Shown here piece after piece: positions 38,035 to 46,526 of a DNA stretch of 46,526 nucleotides. The notes beneath the pieces are model-generated. The model was not told the DNA's origin. It saw nothing but the letters and a program-made list of their open reading frames with translations, and searched no databases. The translations under genes and the position numbers were made by a program. Position 1 is the first letter of the stretch, and each line of letters begins with the position of its first letter. Source of the stretch: Rhynchobatus australiae (taxonomy: Eukaryota). Location of the stretch: NCBI GenBank assembly GCA_034780895.1, contig JAUZTB010000017.1, forward strand, positions 23,199,566 to 23,246,091, read 5' to 3'.

Positions 38035-38250
38035 ATAAGAACATAGGGAGCAGGAGTACACCAGTCTGGAATGCACCAGCTCTGTTCTGGTCATCCCCTT
38101 AAAGTGTGCTCCTCCTGGTTGATCCATTCTTGGCCTCAAAATCACTTTCTCATTCTCTCCTCACTCCCCTTGACTCCTTGTAGCCGAGACATCATTGAGG
38201 CAGATGTTAGTTTCTCTCTTTATGGTTGTTGCCTGACCTGTTGAATACAT
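38035..38250. mobile_element. CR1 3' tail (minus) followed by a Penelope terminal remnant (plus)
   Basis: ataagaacatagggagcaggagtac...ggcctcaaaatcactttctc...ccccttgactccttg, then gtttctctctttatggttgttgcctgacctgttgaata. Confidence 0.5.
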
Positions 38251-38379
38251 AGAATGCCCCCTTTGCATTGAAGGCCAGTTTTCCCTGGGCTGTCATTTAG
38301 TTTCTAAATTGTGACTCCAGCCGGGAACACTATGAATGCTTTTTCCACTGTTGCACTCAACTAGATGTTGGGATCTTAC

Positions 38380-38930
38380 AAGAATCTTCTCCATTTTTAT
38401 TAGAGAAGGCAGAGGCGATGTCAATGAATGAGGTTACCTGACAAGTTCTGGACCAATGTGGAATGAACTGATGAAGCTTTGCACTCATGATCCTCAGTGT
38501 AAATTTTACATTTTCAACCACATCATCCAGAAGTGAAAAAGAATCAGACACCTTTTCTCATAATGTCAGGCCTTTCCACATGCCAGATGACAAAGATGAT
38601 CAAAAATGCCATGCATTACCATCCCTGCCTGAAGAAGAAACTCCCATGGCCTGCTCCTCAGAGCATAGGGCGGGCATTGTCTGGTGCTATCCTATATCCC
38701 AACATCTGTGTAACTTGACATAAATTTCCTGGACACCATGAAAAGTCAGGCATTACATATGGGCTCCATACTACACCTATAGAATTCTCAAAGAAAAATA
38801 TTTTCAGCACTCTTGAACCATGTAGAGCCAGTCTGAATTTGCAGTAGAAAATAATGAATGCTGCACTAAGATTCCTTGCACCAAATTTGAACATTGATAT
38901 TGGAAAGAGAAATAGATCATGTACATCAGA
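38380..38930 (+). pseudogene. Possible internally deleted hAT (Charlie/SPIN-like) transposase fossil
   Basis: MWNELMKLCTHD (cf. W.KL..vcTDG), FNHIIQK (cf. HCIIHQE), TMKSQALHMGS (cf. dimerisation-domain lead-in) and NAALRFLAPNLNIDI (cf. LR....PDI) occur in the expected order. Heavily degraded. Confidence 0.3.
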
Positions 38931-39756
38931 GGGTGAAGCTATTTTTAAAAAACTTATACAATGGAAACATTACGAGGGAATACAACTTGGCAAAGTGCAA
39001 AGTTTTCATATTGATCTTGAGGTGATGAAGATTTTATGCTTTCAAACTTTGGATCTGATGTTTTTTCATAATTGACTGTAAGCCAATTGCTGCTCCTGGT
39101 ATTTTATTCATTCCTATATAACCCTGTTTTGGAAATATGATAAAACATTACTCCATGGTTATATTATGTATACTATTTACAGCATAGTTTATCAAAATGG
39201 AGAACTAGTTAGTTATTGTGTCAATGTATGTGAGAATTAATTGATACTGATCGAGACACCACATCATATATTTTCATTGTTATGGAATTTCACCAGAAGT
39301 TCAATCATTGAACATGATCTGGTACTGGTACTTCACTTGTATGCTTTGTTTTCATTTGATAATACAAATATATAGAGAGGCTGCTGNNNNNNNNNNNNNN
39401 NNNNNNNNNNNNNNNNNNNNNNNNNNNNNNNNNNNNNNNNNNNNNNNNNNNNNNNNNNNNNNNNNNNNNNNNNNNNNNNNNNNNNNNNNNNNNNNNNNNN
39501 NNNNNNNNNNNNNNNNNNNNNNNNNNNNNNNNNNNNNNNNNNNNNNNNNNNNNNNNNNNNNNNNNNNNNNNNNNNNNNNNNNNNNNNNNNNNNNNNNNNN
39601 NNNNNNNNNNNNNNNNNNNNNNNNNNNNNNNNNNNNNNNNNNNNNNNNNNNNNNNNNNNNNNNNNNNNNNNNNNNNNNNNNNNNNNNNNNNNNNNNNNNN
39701 NNNNNNNNNNNNNNNNNNNNNNNNNNNNNNNNNNNNNNNNNNNNNNNNNNNNNNNN

Positions 39757-40020
39757 CAAACTGCTCTCCACCCCCAATCCTCACCACAACCAACCATTAT
39801 CCCCTCCTACTCTTGCCCTTCATCCTCTTTATCCACCCTGATCACCTCTATCCTCTGATCTTCTATAATCCCCAACCCTCTTTATAATCACACCACTCTG
39901 ATTCTCTAATGGCTCCCATCCACTCCACTCTACCCTAACTTTTTCTACTCTCTCCCTATGATTCTGCATTCCTCTCCTACACCTCTAATCCCCTCTCCCC
40001 TGACCTACACCCAATCCATG
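39757..40020. repeat. C/T-rich low-complexity tract
   Basis: Strongly G-poor strand with recurring ccccaa/ctctac/ctctaat units. A G-rich counterpart lies at ~27520-27775. Confidence 0.55.
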
Positions 40021-42989
40021 ACATATTTTCCTCTAAGGTCACCGCAGTGGAAGCGCTTGCAGGACGAGAGGTTCCTCAGAACCCTCATACAAAACTGGCT
40101 CAAGGCTCCGTGTGACATTGTCTTAATGAGCCTTTCAAGCACAATAGCATTTTTAGTCCAAGGCAATAACTAAACATATATTTCAAGTAGCACATGTACA
40201 TTGTTTAGAAGGCCCTATCATCAAGAATGTCCTACTAGATAAATAATTAATGTACAAATCACTTTTGATATTAGTTTGAAATTCAGTGAACTGTTAGTAT
40301 CCATTAACTGTTGGGTTAATGCATTATCTTTAAATTAGTATCAGAGAAAATGTTTAGGAATTCACATAAAAGTAGGGGAATCAATGAGAATTTAATTAGA
40401 CATATATTTTCAACAGAAGTCAACTAGCCTTAGCTAACATAAAACTAATTTTATTTGTCCAGTTGAAATCTGACCAGCCAATGGTTAGAAATGTTGAAAC
40501 GTTGCAAAGGATATGAAACTCATTTATTTAAACTTAGTTCAGTTCACATCAAAAACCGTACACCCTCAATCAGCATAAATACACCTTAAAAAAAACCCTT
40601 AAAATATTAAACTAAATTTTTATTATGAGTGAGAAATTGTTCAATTCATGAAGATTCATAAGAACATTTACAGAATATTTTATGCTGTAGAGCTACACAT
40701 TTTATATAAAGAATGTAATGTTACATCCATTTTTATTTGTATACCNNNNNNNNNNNNNNNNNNNNNNNNNNNNNNNNNNNNNNNNNNNNNNNNNNNNNNN
40801 NNNNNNNNNNNNNNNNNNNNNNNNNNNNNNNNNNNNNNNNNNNNNNNNNNNNNNNNNNNNNNNNNNNNNNNNNNNNNNNNNNNNNNNNNNNNNNNNNNNN
40901 NNNNNNNNNNNNNNNNNNNNNNNNNNNNNNNNNNNNNNNNNNNNNNNNNNNNNNNNNNNNNNNNNNNNNNNNNNNNNNNNNNNNNNNNNNNNNNNNNNNN
41001 NNNNNNNNNNNNNNNNNNNNNNNNNNNNNNNNNNNNNNNNNNNNNNNNNNNNNNNNNNNNNNNNNNNNNNNNNNNNNNNNNNNNNNNNNNNNNNNNNNNN
41101 NNNNNNNNNNNNNNNNNNNNNNNNNNNNNNNNNNNNNNNNNNNNNNNNNNNNNNNNNNNNNNNNNNNNNNNNNNNNNNNNNNNNNNNNNNNNNNNNNNNN
41201 NNNNNNNNNNNNNNNNNNNNNNNNNNNNNNNNNNNNNNNNNNTCTAGTTTTATGAAAAGATATTGATTGGGTTTTGCTGTCCAGTTCCATAGACTTAGTC
41301 CAATTTTATTCAGTATAATCCACAAATAAACTGAGTTTAAAGAGCCAAATGATATAAAACATACAGCTATAATGAAAGCCACAATAGCCCTTCAAATTTC
41401 ACATAGTTAAGATCATATAACTTGCTCTGAGTCATTGCTTTGTAAATGGTTTTTTGTGAGAATACTTTACAGATAGTGCATATTACATGAAACATTCATC
41501 ACATAGTCATCTTCTCACTGTCATGATTCCACATCACATCCACTTTTCTCCACATTTTTCTCTGGTTACTTCCAGATGAGGCACTGTTAAGTGATGTTAA
41601 GATAGTATTAATTTGTTACGTGAAAGCATTAAAGTGCACTTTGGTCATTGTCTGGACACTTTCCTGACATTTTAAATGTTGAAGGAGTTTAGTGTAATGA
41701 ATTACCATGATTCAGTTTCTAAAGATCTACTTAGCAATGACTAATAATAAGTACATATATTCATTCATTATTATTTCAAAAACTCAATGTAGTAGCTTTT
41801 TGGTATATCTTTCAGATATGTTGAGCATGTCTTTTATTTTTATTATTCAGTCAACAAAGTTTGCCATTGGTTTTATGTTTGCAATTTTATAATATTAGGA
41901 AACTTATAGTGTGTTGGGACAAAGAAATTACATTCTGATTTATGTTTCAAATAAAGTGATAATATTTTCTGCAAAGAGGTGAAATGTCATTGTATGTATG
42001 GTGATGTGAAATGTGATGTGNNNNNNNNNNNNNNNNNNNNNNNNNNNNNNNNNNNNNNNNNNNNNNNNNNNNNNNNNNNNNNNNNNNNNNNNNNNNNNNN
42101 NNNNNNNNNNNNNNNNNNNNATAGAATGTGAATAGTTTATAAAACTAGCCACTGTTTCCATGTTATTTTGTTTGTGGAAATTTCAATGAAACAAGCACTT
42201 TTCTATAGGTTGTGTCATAAAAGAGAAATGTGTTCTGAACCATTTTGGTCAGGTGAAGTCAGTAAATTTCCAATCTGTATAAAAATCAGTGAGTCAAATG
42301 CACAATGGAGTGGCATGACAATGACAAATTTAATATCGCGAGCAATGACCTTAGCAAAGGAATATTCCCTCAGAAATGGAGATTGAAATGCAAATTAATC
42401 ATGGCTCATGCTAGATGCTAAACTGCTAAATGTCCAGAATATACTATTGTGAAATGAACTGCTATGTTCCTGAACAAAAAGTGTTAATAAATTCTCCCAC
42501 AGGTGCATGGAATAAAATACAATTTTTTATGCATCTCCCAGTGTATTTTATATATAAGTAACTTTAGAACAATTGGAAATAATGTTACAATTGCTCAGTT
42601 GGTTATGTTTTTGCCTTGGATTGAAAAGTTTGAGTTCAAGTACCATTCCTGCACTTAAACAAGCCCATGAATTCATATGCACTGTTTATTTGGCATTAAA
42701 ACTTTGTTACATCTCTTTCTAATCCTGTTTCAAAAAGCTTCTAAAATATATCAATACTCAAAGGTGCCATTTAAAATAAAATAAATAGTGTTGTCAGGTC
42801 GCTTGTGCAAAATCATGTTTTATCAAAAACTAGAGAGTGTAGTTTATTTGCAAGTGCCAGCACAAATGAGGACAAAAGGTGTACTCACAACCTTACTGCA
42901 AGGGAAATTCATAGGTTAGTGGGTCCTGTCACCTGCAGAATCTATGTTCTCTCTTCAAGGAACCACAGAGATCCTCAAGGGCCACAGCT

Positions 42990-43528
42990 GGGCCTGGCTG
43001 GAAGTCAACGCGGAGATGTCTTGGATGTAAGCAAGTCTATGTATGCCATATCTTGAGGAAGGCTGGTCTGCCTTTTCCTGTGGTCCAGTAGAGAAACATG
43101 TGATGTCTGGTTCTGGGGAGAAGAAAGCATTTATGCCTTCCCTTACACAGTGATATCACAGTTTGTGTATTATATGACATACATCTGTAGATGCAGATCA
43201 GAAAGATCCTGACATTGGTAGGTTGAGGGTGAAGGTTGCTTTGATTTCAGCTATGGAGGCAGATGAGGCCCCTAAAGGAGCTTGATCTTGAGGTTTTGAG
43301 GTCACAAATACAAGTGGGGAATACCTTGTGGATATGTACCTTGCCTGAACATCTGAGACACAACAACAACAACAACATGGGTCCTTGTGATATCTGGGTA
43401 GAAAAGGTGCTGGGTGCTGAGTCCTCCTTTGTCTCCTTCAGTATGGTTCCAATGGGTGCATGTGGTGCCTTTTGGATGCAAGACCACTGAGTGCACAATG
43501 ATCAGATTGTGGACTTAGGGGACTCCAG
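42990..43528 (-). mobile_element. Possible RTE-type LINE remnant (APE and C-terminal pieces)
   Basis: Minus strand HAPIGTILKETKEDS (cf. YAPT....EEKD.FY), VVVVV/SDVQAR (cf. LVLGDFNAR) and KGRP near 43070. Confidence 0.3.
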
Positions 43529-43619
43529 NNNNNNNNNNAACGGGGTCAGTAGAAGCAACGGAACACTGACATCAGTTTGAAAATAGGATGCCACACTTCA
43601 ATAGTGACTTTGGTCAAAG

Positions 43620-43894
43620 GCAGGTAGCTGATTGGTCAGTATTTTCTGACTAATTTCCACTTATCTCGGAAGGTGAGGCATAGCGGGGCAGCTCAGCCAG
43701 GCAGAACGTGCGTGCTGTGAAATCTGGGAAGTGGTATGACTCTCTCCAGGGATAGACAATTGCATCCACACAAAATGTTTCTAGCTGCAGCAGCTTGAAC
43801 TTTTGTCTTTGGAGAGCATACACAAAGTGGAGGATGCCATGGGCAGCATGTTCAGGGAGGTGGTCACACCACATCTTAGGAAGAACTGGCAAAA
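43620..43894 (+). mobile_element. CR1 5' fragment with ORF1 N-terminus (second subfamily), running into a gap
   Basis: AGQLSQAERACCEIWEVV*...NCIHTKCF*LQQLELL...SMFREVVTPHL parallels ORF1 at 21488 (CSACEMWE...CMKCIQLQ...SYREAAT). Confidence 0.65.
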
Positions 43895-44929
43895 NNNNNN
43901 NNNNNNNNNNNNNNNNNNNNNNNNNNNNNNNNNNNNNNNNNNNNNNNNNNNNNNNNNNNNNNNNNNNNNNNNNNNNNNNNNNNNNNNNNNNNNNNNNNNN
44001 NNNNNNNNNNNNNNNNNNNNNNNNNNNNNNNNNNNNNNNNNNNNNNNNNNNNNNNNNNNNNNNNNNNNNNNNNNNNNNNNNNNNNNNNNNNNNNNNNNNN
44101 NNNNNNNNNNNNNNNNNNNNNNNNNNNNNNNNNNNNNNNNNNNNNNNNNNNCTATTGTCTGTTCCTAATTGTCCACAGTAACATAGTGATGACCCACCTT
44201 CTTCAATCGCTTGCAGTCTTTCTGTTGTGTGGTAGGGAGTTCCAGGCTGCAGGGCACTGTGAAATGCTACAGTCTGCATCTTGTGCCTGTAGGTTCTGAC
44301 TACTCAAAATAATCCTCAAAGACCACATGCTGAATCCTCAGAGAAAGCTAAGAATCTTTCAACCTCCTATGTTAGAGGTACCGGGGAATCAACTCAAAGG
44401 CACCAGATTTGGAAAATAATGACTAAGGGCTTGCTTTGTGTTAATATTAGCATTTTTACCTTCAATAACCATAACTCTTGCAAGTTCCAAAACATTAACA
44501 TAGGGCTATTCATATTTCAAATAGATACGTAGAACCGATTTTACCATTGTGAAGATTGAAGCTGACTGGTGTTGAAAATAAATAAACCTAATCAAGTATT
44601 CATTGATTTCCTGAGTGTTGTAAATCCCTACAAGAAGTCTGCATTACTAATTTAGATATGAAGCCCCATCTTGTTTATAGATATACTGTTTACTTAGGAT
44701 TTGATGTTGATGATTGTCTTCTTAGTTAAGAGAAGGCAATAAGTTTGGAGTGAAGAAAAGCAAATAGATGGTGGTTGTAAGAACAGATGCAAGGACCAAG
44801 TTGTTGATGAAAAGGGAATAGCATGACTGATTTATTTGAAGTGGTGGTTCTATCAAAGTTCCAGAAAAAATGGGCTCTGGTGGTCACTGCCTTGCATTCT
44901 CTCCTTCCATTATTTCCTTCTATATTTAA

Positions 44930-45890
44930 GAACATAAGGTATAGAAGCACGAGTGAACCACTCTTTTGTTCATGCCACTTTTTTGCACTAACTCTATATC
45001 CCTCAAGTCACTTAATATCTGAAGACTTAGCAACTTTCATAGCTCTGCTGGGTTGTCAACTTTAAAGATTTGCTACTTTCTGGGAGAAGAAATTGCTTCC
45101 CATCTCTGACTTGAATGGTCAACCCCTTATTTTGGGACTTTGACTCTTGGTTCTAGACAGAGGAAACATTAACTCCACTTCTACCCTGTCAAATCCCTTA
45201 AGAATTGTGTACTTTTCAATGAGATCATTTCTCAGTCTTCTAAAGAGTACAGTCTGCTTAATCTCCCCTCATATGACAAACCTGCTATTTCTTTATGATT
45301 GGAGCATGATGCCTTGCCACTTGAACTCAAATCCTTTTAGAATAAAGGCCAATATACTAGTTGTTTTACTAACTGCTTTCTGTACTTACATGCAAACTTT
45401 CAGTGATCTATGTACAAGGATAACCAGGTTCCTCTATATACCAGCATCTTTCAATCTCTCACCATTTTAAAAATTCTCTGCCTTTATTTTTTACCTATTA
45501 AAGTTAATGTGCTTACGTTTTTCCACGTTATATTCCCATTCAATTAGCCTACGTCTCCCCCAGAAGTCTCTCTGCATCCTTCTCACTGTTCAAACTGCCA
45601 CTCAGCTTTGTATCATTAATACACTTGGATACAATATATTTGATCCCCTCATGCAATTCATTGATATAGACGGTGAATTGTGGCACACCACTAATCACAA
45701 TCACCCAAGCCAAAAAGTGATCTATTTATTCCTACTCCTTCTTTTCTGTTCATTAACCAGTCTTCAGTCTGCGCCAGGATATTAGATCCAATGCTCTGCT
45801 ATTCCAATTTGTTTAATAATCCCTCTGCGTCACCTTATCAAAGGCCTTCTGAAAGTCCAAATATGTCACATCAATTGGTTGTGATTTAAC
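44930..45890 (-). mobile_element. CR1 LINE ORF2 RT region to 3' end, decayed
   Basis: Minus strand 45832-45875 translates DVTYLDFQKAFDKV (CR1 RT motif). The antisense CR1 terminus aagaacataaggtatagaagcacgagtgaacc lies at 44929. Confidence 0.8.
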
Positions 45891-46192
45891 TATTCTAAGT
45901 TACAACAAAAAATTGTGCTTAGCAGATGGTAGCAAGTGTTCAGTCCTCATGAGAGTGAATCTATGGAATGTGCAGCAAAAAAGAACCTGGATCCACACTC
46001 AGGTGCAGTGCAAACCTTCTTCACATAGTGGAGGGATTGCTCAAGCACACTGACTGTTTGGCAACATTCTTTGTGGAATTGTGGTTCATTCTGCAGACTT
46101 ACTCAAAAGCTGCATGCAGGTTCATCCCTCGCTCCCAGATGACGTATCCCAAGGCCTCATATAGTCAACCTGTAATAAAGCAGAAATAAAAA

Positions 46193-46268
46193 TAGGATGA
46201 AAGGTCATCAACCTGACACATTAACTGTTTCTCTCCCAGCAGTTGCTGCATAAACTGCTGTGTAATAT
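46193..46268 (+). mobile_element. Penelope terminal fragment with a decayed minimal hammerhead core
   Basis: gGATGA a AGGT catca ACCT GAcAC attaactgtttctctc...cagttgctgc...ctgctg. Confidence 0.5.
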
Positions 46269-46526
46269 CATCTGAGGGACATGTATCCTTTTGGTTTCTA
46301 AGAATGCAAGGCTAATAATAGGGAGTGTGGAATGCATTGAGTGTAGATCCTGTAGATGCCTCCCATGTAGGCAAATGTTGGCCTTCTCTCACCTTGCTCA
46401 GTTCTGAATATGGAATGATCTGTGGGTGTTCCACAGTTACTGACTGCCTCAATGACTTCCCTGATACAAGAGTGCACTGTAATTTTGAGAAATTGTTCTT
46501 GTCCCCAAATTCAACCAGAGCTGATT

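Noticed and set aside
41545-41600. Good polypyrimidine tract plus CAG acceptor at ~41575
   Set aside because: No convincing downstream donor, and stop codons follow quickly.
1-46526. Prokaryotic-type systems (CRISPR arrays, operons, defence islands) or an endogenous virus
   Set aside because: No regularly spaced repeats, gene-dense region or viral protein motifs. All recognisable coding remnants are vertebrate transposon-derived, apart from the single candidate exon.

Overview
This is eukaryotic, AT-rich, CpG-depleted vertebrate DNA from a gappy draft assembly with about 21 N-runs. The repeat set points to a cartilaginous fish, most likely a ray/batoid (inference): CR1 LINEs, Rex1/Babar, RTE, Tx1, Penelope-like elements, V-domain tRNA SINEs and DeuSINE/SacSINE1-like SINEs. 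The window reads as the interior of a very large gene or a gene desert. I find one well-formed candidate coding exon (+, 1506-1567, peptide xRAHARTKFHGIYITRMTILQ, gene not recognised). The following ~45 kb is decayed transposons interspersed with unique AT-rich blocks that resemble conserved non-coding elements. No intact protein-coding ORF, rRNA, tRNA gene or CRISPR array is supported; the long ORF-track entries are N-gap read-through or TE remnants. I do not see a convincing novel biological system. The best leads are: a Penelope-derived ~600-bp inverted repeat with decayed hammerhead-ribozyme cores; V-SINEs with swapped LINE-derived tails (Rex1-like vs CR1-like); a near full-length RTE fossil with nested insertions; a possible ancient 5S-derived element; a possible hAT transposase fossil; and the orphan exon. 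Repeat family assignments come from motif recognition by eye, not database searches, and boundaries are approximate.
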